From: an uncultured Solirubrobacterales bacterium | GTDB taxonomy: Bacteria > Actinomycetota > Thermoleophilia > Solirubrobacterales > Solirubrobacteraceae | DNA: 64,000 nt | Assembly: GCA_963723555.1 (NCBI GenBank) | Contig: CAVRRC010000004.1 | Location: forward strand, 41,643-105,642 | Direction of reading: 5' to 3' | Shown here: positions 54,137 through 63,416 of the stretch, one piece after another | Position numbering within the stretch: position 1 is the stretch's first letter | How the letters are laid out: each line of letters begins with the position of its first letter | Notes under the pieces: generated by a model | Seen by the model: the letters and a program-made list of their open reading frames with translations, nothing else | Told to the model about the DNA's origin: nothing | Databases searched by the model: none | Program-made: the position numbers and the translations under genes

Positions 54137-54393
54137 CTTTCTCCCTTCCCCGCGACTGCTGTCAGCGTCATCGTCGCATGCAGCGGTCGTGTGGCCGCCA
54201 TAGGCCGAGCCACAGCCGCGGATTTGACCGGGAGACCCATGGCCATCGATCTGCCTCCAAGCGGGTGCGGTTCAACGCGGCGTTGGCCGCGTCGCTCCGT
54301 AGACCTGCGCCGCGTCCCCGGTCGAATGCTTACGCGTCTCGCCGTGTGCCCGGAGCGACGACGGGATGGCCGACTAAGACTGCGTGGCGGTGG

Positions 54394-54789
54394 CTACTGG
54401 GCGCCGCAGAACGCGGCAAGGTCGTCAGTGACGCCGACGACCCCGATCAGGGTGCCATCGGAGCCGACCACGGCAACGCGGTGGGCCTCGGTCGCGATGG
54501 CGAGCTCGTAGCCAGCGTGTGCCGGGGCGTCGGGTGCGATGGTGGGTCCAGAGCGGGCGAGGTGCGCGGCGGAACGGGTCGGGTCGCGCTCGCCATTGAG
54601 GTCGTCGCGCGTCAGCGACCCGGCGTAGCGTCCGTGGTCGGCGAGGAACGCCACCCTGCGGTGCGAGCTGGCCATGAACCAGTCACGCACCTCGGCGACT
54701 GTGGCGTCCGCGGGCAACGCGCTGAAGCGTTTGTGGACGACGTCTGCGGCCCTGAGCTCGGCAGCCTCGTTGAGCGGAGTTCGTGCCAT
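54394..54789 (-). CDS. CBS-domain protein
   Basis: 131 aa from ATG 54789. CBS-pair-like pattern (HRRVAFLADHGRYAGSLTRDDL ... HRVAVVGSDGTLIGVVGVTDDL). Confidence 0.65.
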   Translation of the reverse strand: MARTPLNEAAELRAADVVHKRFSALPADATVAEVRDWFMASSHRRVAFLADHGRYAGSLTRDDLNGERDPTRSAAHLARSGPTIAPDAPAHAGYELAIATEAHRVAVVGSDGTLIGVVGVTDDLAAFCGAQ

Positions 54790-54849
54790 CGCAGGCCACC
54801 GTACCACCCACGGTTGCCCACCGCCGGCGGGGTCTCGCCAACGATCACC

Positions 54850-55170
54850 TTCGCTTTGCCGCCCGCACCCACTCGCGGAGATCAGGTCTCCGAGAAACCC
54901 AGGGCCGCCCGCGCTGGTCTCGATCGTCGCGTTCGCGCTGCTGATCTTCGGCCTGGTCGAGACTCGGCTCCGCAAACAATCAACGGTGGCGGCCAGCTAC
55001 CCGGCCTGCTCGGCGAAGGGCGCCCCGCCCGCAACATCCTCACAGCCTTCCGGCGCCTCGCCTCACATACACCCAAGACGGCATCCGCCTCGACCGCCTC
55101 ACTCCACCAACGCCTAAGTCGCCAAGGCGGTCGGTTGCTGTCGCTCGGTGCCCAGGTGGAAGCGATCGCC
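54850..55170 (+). mobile_element. Degraded C-terminal remnant of an IS4/IS1634-like transposase (multiple frame breaks)
   Basis: Fragments across three frames (LVSIVAFALLIFGLVETRLRKQ / PGLLGEGRPA..NILTAFRRL / LTYTQDGIRLDRLTPP) resemble the conserved C-terminal end of IS1634-type transposases. The call is from memory only. Confidence 0.35.
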
Positions 55171-55177
55171 GCGCTAC

Positions 55178-55486
55178 TCAGCAGGCTGTCGCGTCACGCA
55201 GTGTTCGACAGGCCTGCGCCATGCGTCGTGCGGACAGCTGCGTCACCTGACGGCGGAACGTGGACCGGGGTAGCGTGTGGACGTTGTCGAAGTTCACAAC
55301 GCAGTCGCTCGGCACACCATCTTCCGCGGCAGTTAGAACGAGCTCGCTGACCAGCTCACGACGTGCCCTGGTCAATGCGGCCACGACCACCGATGCGATC
55401 CTGTCGGCCACCGGATCTCGTGTGAGCACCAGCACTGGCCGGTCACCACCCGGGGTGGCCGCGAACCAGATCTCACCTCGCCGCAT
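55178..55486 (-). CDS. mazF: Type II toxin, MazF/PemK family endoribonuclease
   Basis: MRRGEIWFAATPGGDRPVLVLTRD...VVAALT...DCVVNFDNVHTLP is the typical PemK pattern. It overlaps the antitoxin gene by 14 nt. Confidence 0.85.
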   Translation of the reverse strand: MRRGEIWFAATPGGDRPVLVLTRDPVADRIASVVVAALTRARRELVSELVLTAAEDGVPSDCVVNFDNVHTLPRSTFRRQVTQLSARRMAQACRTLRDATAC

Positions 55487-55724
55487 CGATCCAATCCGAC
55501 CAGTCCTCGGCCGGACCCCAGTCGGCAATTGCTTCCAGCGAACGCTCGGCGTCGGTTGGAGGCTGTAGTTCCCAGTTTTCCGCATCGGCCTCACCGTTCA
55601 GGGCGACGAGGTGGCGGTGCACGGCATCGCGGAGGATCTGGGAGCGATCGACGCCGAGAGCGTCCGCCCAGTGCTGTATCTCGGCGGCCTGCTCCTCGGG
55701 CACGCGGAAACTGAGCATCGTCAT
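55473..55724 (-). CDS. mazE: RHH (CopG/MazE-like) antitoxin
   Basis: 83 aa. MLSFRVPEEQAAEIQHWADALGVDRSQILRDAVHRHL is a ribbon-helix-helix pattern. It has an acidic C-terminal tail and lies directly upstream of mazF. Confidence 0.75.
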   Translation of the reverse strand: MTMLSFRVPEEQAAEIQHWADALGVDRSQILRDAVHRHLVALNGEADAENWELQPPTDAERSLEAIADWGPAEDWSDWIDAAR

Positions 55725-56034
55725 ACAGTTGAGACTACCACGTATGACGGCTGATTCCCGTATCCGGATCGGACGACGGCAGCGTCGTCCTCGCCTGACG
55801 ACTGCTGATAGGTCAATCTTGGGGTGGCCTCGACCGCCGCCGGGAGAGGGCCCCGATTGCTTGCCCTTGGTGGAGGGCCAGCGAAAGACCAGCCCGTCCC
55901 GGCGGTGGTGAGGTGCGGCGAGCGGCGACAGGACGTAGCCCCATGTGAAGAGGGCCTTGTCTATCAGCACCCGCAACGGTACCTCCTGGTCGGGACACGG
56001 TCGAGTGTCCACGCTGCGAGAGAGGGGTTGGTCG

Positions 56035-56845
56035 ATGACGGGAAGCGTCGCTGGGATCGATTGGGCGTCTGAGAAGCACGACGTCCTGATCGCCAACGCG
56101 GACGGTGAGCGGCTGTTGGCCGAAACGTTCGCGCACGATGAGCCAGGAATCACAGCGCTGTGCGACGCGCTGCTCTGCTTCGACGTTGAGATCGTCGCGA
56201 TCGAGCGCGGCGACGGTGTGCTGGTCGAGCGACTGCTTGAGCGGGGGCTCCGGGTGCTGGCGTTGCATCCCAATCAGGTCAAGGCTGCGCGTGATCGGTT
56301 CCGCGCCTCCGGCGGGAAGTCCGACAGATTCGATTGCTTTGTGCGTGTGCGAGCTCGCGCGCACCGACGCGCATCGCTTCCGCCTTCTGGAACCTGATTC
56401 GGATCAGACCAAGGTGCTGCGAGCGTTGACCCGCTCGCGGGAGGATCTGGTGGCCGCGAGGGTCGCGCTGGCCAACCAGCTCCGCGCGGAGCTCGAGCGG
56501 TTCTGGCCCGGGCCGATCGGCCTGTTCGCGGCGCTCGATAGCCCGATCTCGCTGGCGTTCCTGGCCCGCTACCCCAGCCCGGACGAAACGCGCGGGCTAG
56601 GTGAGAGGCGGATGGCTGCGTTTCTCAAGGCACAGCGGTATTCGCGAAAGACGCCGGCGCAGCTGCTCGGCCACCTGCGGTCGCTCCGACGGGACGCGCC
56701 GGGGAGATCGAGACTCGAACCCGCCGCGCGATCGTGATGCGCCTCACCAGCACTCTGCAGGTCCTCATCGAGCAGATCCGCGGGTTGGCGGTCGAGATCG
56801 GCGACGCGCTGGACGCGCACCCTGACGGTGAGATCTTCCCCGGCG
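56035..56845 (+). pseudogene. IS110-family transposase, frameshifted (about 56335-56350) and 3'-truncated
   Basis: DEDD N-terminus (VAGIDWASEKHDV...HPNQVKAARDRF..SGGKSDRFD) continues in another frame (ELARTDAHRFRLLEPDSDQTKVLRALTRSREDLV...) and then a third (LQVLIEQIRGLAVEIGDALDAHPDGEIF). The HhH Transposase_20 domain is missing. Confidence 0.75.
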
Positions 56846-56851
56846 GGCTGA

Positions 56852-58114
56852 CTACTTGAAGGGGACGGTGACCGGCCCAGGCACCTTGGAGAACACCGCC
56901 ATGAAGTCGCGGTCGTCGGGGGTAAGGTAGCGGTCGGGGGACTGCTGGGGCTGGGGCTCCACCATCGTCGGCCCGAGCCCGTTCTTGTGAGAGTAGGTAA
57001 TCATTGTGTGCCATTCGGGGTTGATGTCGAACTCCATCCCGCGAACCGCCCCAATGTGCTCAAGGATCTGGGCGAGCGAGATCACCGTAGCCTCCGACGC
57101 GGCGACGAACATCGCGTTGCCGTGGGCGTCGACGCCGACGGCGGTGCGCGGAGTGAAGGTGACGCCGCCCAGGGTGTAACCCCACTGGATGCTGTTCGGG
57201 TCGGTGCTCAACTCCGGGTTCAGCTTGCCGTCCCAGAGGATCGGGGTGAGGCTTTGGCGCGCCCAGGCGACATTGTCCGGCGCGTTCGGGCCGCCGGTCC
57301 ACTTGACGATGTTCACAGTTCCGTCGCGGTAGCCAACAAGCGTGGCGTTGCCATCGATCAGCGGCTCGTTGGTGTGGCCATTGACCGCCGAACCGTTGTT
57401 GGTGTCGACGTGCGTGAATGCGCCGTTGAAGGTGGCGAGCAGCCGGTAGCGCTGATCGACGGGAACCATCATCGGACCCCGGGCGACCGCGCTCGGTGGC
57501 TCATAGCGACCGGGGTAGTAGGCGAGGTCGGTGCGGGTGTGGTCGATCCACAGGACGTAGGCGACGATGGAGGGGTACTCCGTGCTCGTCCGGTAGCTCG
57601 TCACGAGCACCGGCGGTCCGCCATCGACGGATGGACCCGTACGGTGCCAGACGCCTTCGCCGGGCAGAGGCGTGGCGAACACCGGTCTGATCGGTGGGGG
57701 CGTGTAGGTGACGTGCTTGGCGTGCTTGACCAGAGGCCGCACCGGGCTGAGGCCGACGCTGGGCAGGCGCTTGAGCCCAGGGCCGCCCTTGCGGGGCGCG
57801 CTCGCTGTGTAGTGCTCGGCGGTGTCGATGATCCAGTTGCCGAAGGGCAGGTCGGCGCGCACCCACTCCGCGGAGCGCTCGGAGAAGGTTTCGCTCGTCG
57901 GCTTGAGCATGTAGTTCGCGTAGGAGATCACGAAGTACAGCACCACCAGCACCAGCGGAGTCAGGGTCGCGACAAGGATCCGCCACCGGCGAAGCCGCCG
58001 CCGCTCATCAGCTCGCCGCGCCCTGAGCTCGCGAGGGCCAAGCAGCGGTCGTGCGGACGGCTCGAGGTTCCGTGGCGGCTCGCGAGGCCCCGTATGTCGG
58101 TCTCGGATCGCCAT
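56852..58114 (-). CDS. Membrane-anchored phosphodiester-glycosidase-like (DUF2233/NAGPA-like) protein
   Basis: A single TM helix (ILVATLTPLVLVVLYFVISY) and a large extracytoplasmic domain ending ...AVGVDAHGNAMFVAASEATVISLAQILEHIGAVRGMEFDINPEW. The start is uncertain: ATG 58114 with GGAG, GTG 58198, or the ORF maximum at 58303. Confidence 0.65.
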   Translation of the reverse strand: MAIRDRHTGPREPPRNLEPSARPLLGPRELRARRADERRRLRRWRILVATLTPLVLVVLYFVISYANYMLKPTSETFSERSAEWVRADLPFGNWIIDTAEHYTASAPRKGGPGLKRLPSVGLSPVRPLVKHAKHVTYTPPPIRPVFATPLPGEGVWHRTGPSVDGGPPVLVTSYRTSTEYPSIVAYVLWIDHTRTDLAYYPGRYEPPSAVARGPMMVPVDQRYRLLATFNGAFTHVDTNNGSAVNGHTNEPLIDGNATLVGYRDGTVNIVKWTGGPNAPDNVAWARQSLTPILWDGKLNPELSTDPNSIQWGYTLGGVTFTPRTAVGVDAHGNAMFVAASEATVISLAQILEHIGAVRGMEFDINPEWHTMITYSHKNGLGPTMVEPQPQQSPDRYLTPDDRDFMAVFSKVPGPVTVPFK

Positions 58115-58749
58115 GGCGACTGCCGCTCCGAGAATACCCGCCAAGGCGGGCCGGACTGGCACCTGGGCGATGAGGATTCGCTCACGCAAGGTGCTCACGC
58201 GACCCGGCGTGACAACCACGCCGCGACGATGAAGCGAACCGGGATCGAACCGGTGACAGCTCCGATGGCCGAAAACCATCAGAGCCGTCGTGAGAACTGT
58301 CACTCGGCGGCGGAGATCTCGTCAGCGACGATGAGCGTCCCGCAACGCGCGCGGAAAGCGCGCATCGCGCCGGCAAAGCATTCGTCTCTCAAGCGGCCTC
58401 AAAGCTGGCGATCGGGTTGCCGACTTAGGAGTGCTCCGCCGGCGCAGACGCCGGCGCGTCCTTCGGCGTGAAGGCGATCGTCGCTACCGTCATACAGTCG
58501 TGGGAGTCGAGGCACTCATCCGGCCGGAGTGAGGCGGCTGCTCAGCGGTTCGCTGGATGCCCGGTCGTTCCACCGCCGGCTCCCGCTGGGGTACCTCCGA
58601 TCTGACGACGCCCTTCCGGCGCCCGTGAAGAACGCGGTGTCGGCCCGAAAGCTGGTGTACCCGTTCGGTACCCGCGGCGCTGCGTACGAGGGGCTGCCGA
58701 CAACGGCCCCACTGCGCCAAAGCCCCGCGAACAAAGGAGATCCGAGTGA

Positions 58750-58822
<73 letters not shown>

Positions 58823-59053
58823 GTGCGGCGGCGAATGCCGCGCGGCTGGGGATAGTTTAGCCTCGGATCGCCGTCTCGCCGGTGGCGCCTCCGCCCGCCC
58901 TAGCCGGTGTCTCGCCGTCGGACCACGGCGACAGAGCCGCTGATCGCTGACGTCAACACAACCCTTTATGCAGCCAAAAGGAGGGCAAGAATCGTACGGT
59001 CTGAGCAGAGTTCGCAACCGGCGAGCGTAATCGGCGCCGAGTAGGCTGTAGCG

Positions 59054-59677
59054 ATGGGTTTATTGGACGACGCAATTCGCGAACACCTGGACCTCAAGCG
59101 CCGGCGGGGCGCCGATCCATCCGAGGTCGAACGCGCCGAACGCGAGGCTCTGGGCCCCGTTAGGAGGGCTCCCGAGGAGCTCGAGCACCCTGAGCTGGCG
59201 CCCGATGCGGACGAGTACGGGTACGAAGCCGAGTCCGAATCGGGCGAGTCGTACGCTGAGGAGGTGGGTCCACTTGCCCCTCCGCCCGAGGCCGATTTCG
59301 CGCCGCCTCCGGTTTCGGATCCGGGGCCGCCGACCGAAGAGCACTTCCCCGAGTCCGAGCCGGCCGAACCTGAGCCCCAGCCCCACGGAACCGAGCCGCT
59401 TGATCAGGACGAGCAGCAGTTGCACGAGGCGCCGCCCTCGCGCGCGGTGGGCGAGGCCGCGGCGCCGCACGCGCCTCCCGACGCAACGTCCACGGAACGC
59501 GGTCCCGTCGGCGACGAGACCGTGGAGTACGAGATCGAAGAGCGGCACCAGATCGGGGAGCAGCCCGATGCCGAAGACATGCTTGAGGAGACGCCTGATT
59601 TCCTCCAGGACACGCCCGAGCACGATCGGCTCTGGTTCGAGCAGCGCCCGCCTCGGGACTTCGACTTCGATCCCTGA
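59054..59677 (+). CDS. Highly acidic, Pro/Glu-rich (likely disordered) hypothetical protein with ordered-looking termini
   Basis: 207-aa ATG ORF. N-terminus MGLLDDAIREHLDLKRRRG, C-terminus DFLQDTPEHDRLWFEQRPPRDFDF. Confidence 0.55.
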   Translation: MGLLDDAIREHLDLKRRRGADPSEVERAEREALGPVRRAPEELEHPELAPDADEYGYEAESESGESYAEEVGPLAPPPEADFAPPPVSDPGPPTEEHFPESEPAEPEPQPHGTEPLDQDEQQLHEAPPSRAVGEAAAPHAPPDATSTERGPVGDETVEYEIEERHQIGEQPDAEDMLEETPDFLQDTPEHDRLWFEQRPPRDFDFDP

Positions 59678-59689
59678 GATCGACGCCGG

Positions 59690-60241
59690 CTAGGAGCGAG
59701 CCCGAGCCTTCGCCCACTCGGCCTTGTGAGCCCGCTTCGCCGCCTGATAGTCGGCCAACGCCGCCGGCGAGTCGACATCTCCGAGCGACGGATGCCTGGG
59801 CACGAGGCCCTCGGCGGCCTCGACGCCGAACTGCTTGGCGAGCACGGCGCCGAGCGAGGTGATCTTCATCGCTCCGAACCCGGGCAGGGCAGCCAGATTC
59901 TGCCGCAGCTGATCCGTGTCGGCCGCTTCGGACCAGATCCGCGCGGCATCACCGCCGTAGTTGTCGCGGACGTACACGGCCAGGTCATGGACGCGGCGGG
60001 CCATTGACCCGGGGAAGCGGTGGATCGCTGGCCGCTGGCGGAATACGGGCTCGAGGTCCGCTGACGCCAGGGTGTCGGCATCGAACTTGCCGAGGCGCTC
60101 CTTCAGCGCCTGAGGCCCGGCGAACGCCTTCTGCACGCTCACCTGCTGGTCGAGCGCAAAGCCGACCAACAGGGCCAACGGATCGGACGCAATCAGCGCG
60201 TTGGCCTCGTCGGAATCTGTGAAATGAAGACGGTCAGGCAA
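59690..60241 (-). CDS. HhH-GPD-type base-excision DNA repair protein
   Basis: ALLVGFALDQQVSVQKAF...LAALPGFGAMK (helix-hairpin-helix GxG) pattern. 183 aa. Confidence 0.75.
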   Translation of the reverse strand: MPDRLHFTDSDEANALIASDPLALLVGFALDQQVSVQKAFAGPQALKERLGKFDADTLASADLEPVFRQRPAIHRFPGSMARRVHDLAVYVRDNYGGDAARIWSEAADTDQLRQNLAALPGFGAMKITSLGAVLAKQFGVEAAEGLVPRHPSLGDVDSPAALADYQAAKRAHKAEWAKARARS

Positions 60242-60340
60242 GGCTCGATCATAACCTGCGTGTCGCCCCGGCTCAGGAGCGCAGTCCCCCCGACCGATCC
60301 TCGGAGCCCCAGGCGTCGACCGTTAGACTCGGCATCGAAC

Positions 60341-60413
60341 GGGGCCATAGCTCAGTTGGGAGAGCGCCTGCTTTGCAAGCAGGAGGTCGCCGGTTCGATC
60401 CCGGCTGGCTCCA
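60341..60413 (+). tRNA. tRNA-Ala (anticodon UGC)
   Basis: GGGGCCATAGCTCAGTTGGGAGAGCGCCTGCTTTGCAAGCAGGAGGTCGCCGGTTCGATCCCGGCTGGCTCCA folds as a cloverleaf with G3:U70 and anticodon loop UUUGCAA. Confidence 0.95.
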
Positions 60414-60953
60414 CTCCTGAGCATCCCTGGAAATTGCCCCTTTTGGACGGCGGTGCCGAATCGCAGGCAACCCTGTCAGCTCGTCTGGGCATCACAATTG
60501 GGCATCAAATCGCCTGGCATCGCACCGCAGCGAATCGCCCAGCCGGCAGTTCGCTGAAGAGTGCTCGTTTGGGGGCGGCTCGGTGAGGCGACGACCGCTT
60601 TGGACGAACCGCAGCGACGAGGGAGGCGCCGGCATCGTGCGTGGGCGGCTCTGGGCAGCAAGAGCGCGAAGCTCGGGGCGTCTGGGAGCACAACTCCTTC
60701 GAGCAGAGAGCAGGCATGCCGGTGCTCGACGAGCGCGTGGCCGAATTGTCCGATATGACCGGCAGCTCGACCGTCGATAGCGTGGCCGGTTTGCTCATGA
60801 GTGGAGGCCCGACTGCCGCGTCCTAGTGCAAACAGGAAGGCTGGCCGGCAGAACTTGGACCGCGTCGGGCGCTTTTCCACTGTTGGTGCGCATCGGAGAT
60901 CCGTTCGATAAGTGACCTGACCTCAGGCAAGCCGTCCAGTTGGTTTGGGTCGC

Positions 60954-61970
60954 CTACCGGTTGCGATTTGGGGTTGACCAGACGACGGTCCCGTTCGCCG
61001 AGCGGTAGGTGAGCTGCGGCGGGTTCCAGCCGGGGTGGTCGTATCGGAAGATCGCGATGTTGCCGACAACGGGCCGGGTGACCGTCATCGGCGGGACCTC
61101 ACGGTTGGGCGGGTAGTACGCGGTCACGGTGGCGACGCCGTTTGGCACGAGGAGGACGGTTTCGGTTCGCTTCCCGTTGCCGCTGCTTCCCGCGAACATC
61201 CCTGGGTCAAGGCGCAAGTCCACTACGGTCGGGCAGTCCTCGCCTCGATCTACGCCAGACACGCTGATCAGGCAGACGCCGGCACGCGCGTTCAGCGTGG
61301 CGCGAAGTCGTATCAGCCACTGCTGTTCATAGCGGATGTCCGGCTCGCGCTCGGTCCCCGGAAGCGTCGCAACGTGGCGACGGAATGCATGCATCTGCTC
61401 GCTGTAGCAGCGAGCAGGGATCGGCCTGATGTTGTAAGCGGCGGCGGCCGGGATCAAGTAGTAGACGATTCCTTCCATCTCACCACGGCGCGCATAGCGG
61501 ATGTACACGCCCGAGGCATGATTCAGGAGATGTGGCAGCGTGCGAACCGTGACCCGCTGGCCAGGCGGAGCCGGCGCCCGTAGCACTCCGAGCAGCGACG
61601 TGAGCTCAGGGCTCGGCGCGCCGTAGCTGATCAGCGGCGTATTGGTGCGTTGGGTTGGGAGACAGGCGGGATCCCGTTTGCGGGTGCTGTCCATCGCCAG
61701 CCCGTCGGCGCGGCTCCATCCCGGAGGCGGCGGTGACTGAACCGCGCCACCGCCGCCCGATTGCACCGCCGGTCCTGGCCCGGAGCCACCGTGCACGCTC
61801 AGGAGGATGACCGCTGCGACGCCGAGGCTCACGATCACCGAGGCCGCGACCGCGATCGCTCCAGTCGGTGGACGAAGTGCTCGTCGGCGCACATCGGACC
61901 GGGATTCGGCTGTGACAGTGCGCTCGAGCTGCTCGCCGAGCTGTTGCAACACCCGCAGCTGTTGCTTCAT
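60954..61970 (-). CDS. Single-pass membrane protein co-translated with the ECF sigma factor (candidate anti-sigma factor; extracytoplasmic domain unrecognised)
   Basis: Its ATG overlaps the sigma-factor stop (ATGA). About 35-aa cytoplasmic N-terminus, a TM helix (AIAVAASVIVSLGVAAVILLSV) and an external domain of about 270 aa. No HxxxCxxC motif. Confidence 0.6.
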   Translation of the reverse strand: MKQQLRVLQQLGEQLERTVTAESRSDVRRRALRPPTGAIAVAASVIVSLGVAAVILLSVHGGSGPGPAVQSGGGGAVQSPPPPGWSRADGLAMDSTRKRDPACLPTQRTNTPLISYGAPSPELTSLLGVLRAPAPPGQRVTVRTLPHLLNHASGVYIRYARRGEMEGIVYYLIPAAAAYNIRPIPARCYSEQMHAFRRHVATLPGTEREPDIRYEQQWLIRLRATLNARAGVCLISVSGVDRGEDCPTVVDLRLDPGMFAGSSGNGKRTETVLLVPNGVATVTAYYPPNREVPPMTVTRPVVGNIAIFRYDHPGWNPPQLTYRSANGTVVWSTPNRNR

Positions 61971-62509
61971 GACGTATTCACTTCTTCCGTTGCGGCGGGT
62001 TCGAGAGCGAGAGCGAGCGCACGCAATGCACGCGAGACGCGTGCCCGGGCCGCGGACTCGCTCGTTCCGAGCCTCCGGGCGACCTCGTTATACGGGAGTT
62101 CCTCGACGACCCGCAATCGCAGAGCGTCTCGCTGCGACTGGCTGAGCTTCCTCAGCTCGGCGCCAATCGCCGTGCGGAGCGCGCCGAGACCCGCAATGCG
62201 CTCGATCTCGGCAACGTCATCTTCGTGAACCATCGGCACGGTCCAACCCACCCGCCTCAACGCGCGGCGTTCAACGTGGCCACGGCGCGCGTAGCGAGCA
62301 AGCTGTCTTCGAGCGATCGTGAAGAGCCAACCCCGAACTTCTTCCTGGCTGTCTGTGCGCACCCGACCCCAACCTCGCCATGCCTGCGCGAATGTCTCGG
62401 CGGTCAGATCGAGCGCGACCTCGACATCGAGCGTTCGGCGAGCAAGGAAGATGAGGATCGACTCGGCCTCCCGTTGGTAGAGCGCGGTGAACGCCTCGGG
62501 TTCTGCCAT
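61967..62509 (-). CDS. ECF-type RNA polymerase sigma-70 family factor
   Basis: Region 2 (FTALYQREAESILIFLARRTLDVEVALDLTAETFAQAW) and region 4 HTH (LSQSQRDALRLRVVEELPYNEVARRLGTSESAARARVSRAL). ATG 62509 is proposed; the ORF maximum is 62662. Confidence 0.85.
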   Translation of the reverse strand: MAEPEAFTALYQREAESILIFLARRTLDVEVALDLTAETFAQAWRGWGRVRTDSQEEVRGWLFTIARRQLARYARRGHVERRALRRVGWTVPMVHEDDVAEIERIAGLGALRTAIGAELRKLSQSQRDALRLRVVEELPYNEVARRLGTSESAARARVSRALRALALALEPAATEEVNTS

Positions 62510-63416
62510 GCCGACCTTAGATTGCCGCGAGCCGAAATCTTGTGACATGAGCAGGCCGGAACTGCACCGCATCCAGACGACCGCTCCCAGACCAACCCCG
62601 TCGGGAGACTCGAGCAGCAGCTCGTAGCCGTCGAAGAGGCCATACCCCTTCTGACTTGCCACAGCGCCGTGACCCCCGATTGGCCGGCATGTGGGGCGGC
62701 ACTCGTTCTAGCCTTCGACCGCTGACGGGTCCGAGCGCCGAGCGCACGAAGGGCCGACCATCAGTTGGTCCGGCGCGCTTCCCCCCGATGGGCTCCGGGA
62801 GCCGCCCCTCCTTCATGAGCAACGGAGCGGTCGCCCGTCCGAGCGGCGCCGCTGCTCGACCGTCAAGGCGGCCGCGTCGCTGTCGTGGTCGGTCCCCGAG
62901 GCGGTCGGGTCTGACTGCTGCTCTGGTCTATCCGCGCGGGTCGTGCGACGGCGCCGGCGCCTGCTCACAGCCGCCGGCTGCGAGCCTGAGCAAGCACTAC
63001 GTCGCTCGCGGGTCGCTGGTGCTTCGCCTCGCGAAGCAGCACTGCTTCTGCCTCGGCGCCAACTCCGAGCTGCACCGACTCCCGCATCATTGCGGGGATG
63101 CACCGGTCTCGCGCGCGCGGCGAGACGAGTGGTCCTCGTCCACTTCGACACTGACGTCGAGGCCGGGCCGCGCTTCCGCAGCGCCTGGCCAAGCGGCACG
63201 CGAGCGGCCGGGCGTCGGTCACCGCTAGGTTTGTCGAGTCCTCGGAAGCCGAAGATCAGCGTGCCGGGACGGAAGTCTCCGTCCGTCTGCGAGTAGCTGC
63301 GCGCCGTCGATGGCCGTTCTTCTCCCTGTGGCGATTTGCTGGTCGACTGCTGCGACGCGACGAGACGCGCGCTCGCGGTGTCGCGTGACTCGGTGCTTAC
63401 AGAACTGCACGATCGG

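Noticed and set aside
55999-58204. Identical 9-aa string GRVSTLRER encoded at 55999-56025 (plus strand, upstream of the IS110 start) and 58178-58204 (minus strand, upstream part of the glycosidase-like ORF), differing only at synonymous positions
   Set aside because: Both lie in regions that are probably untranslated. With about 1.3e5 six-frame residues of strongly biased (R, L, G, V, S, T, E-rich) composition, roughly one chance 9-mer match is expected. There is no extended similarity around it.
58304-58749. Possible known structured RNA (RNase P RNA, SRP/4.5S RNA, tmRNA, ydaO/c-di-AMP riboswitch) next to tRNA-Ala
   Set aside because: I could not find hallmark motifs in the right order on either strand. 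These include GAGGAAAGUCCGGGC, GGAAGGAAGCAGC, a tRNA-like 3' end with an ...ALAA tag, and the ydaO ACGGGG/CCGA/CCUCGUA arrangement. The region is left only as an unassigned region.
60414-60953. Integrated prophage or genomic island at tRNA-Ala(UGC)
   Set aside because: No integrase, excisionase or phage genes are present, and I could find no direct repeat of the tRNA 3' end by eye. Only the compositional dip and lack of ORFs are reported.
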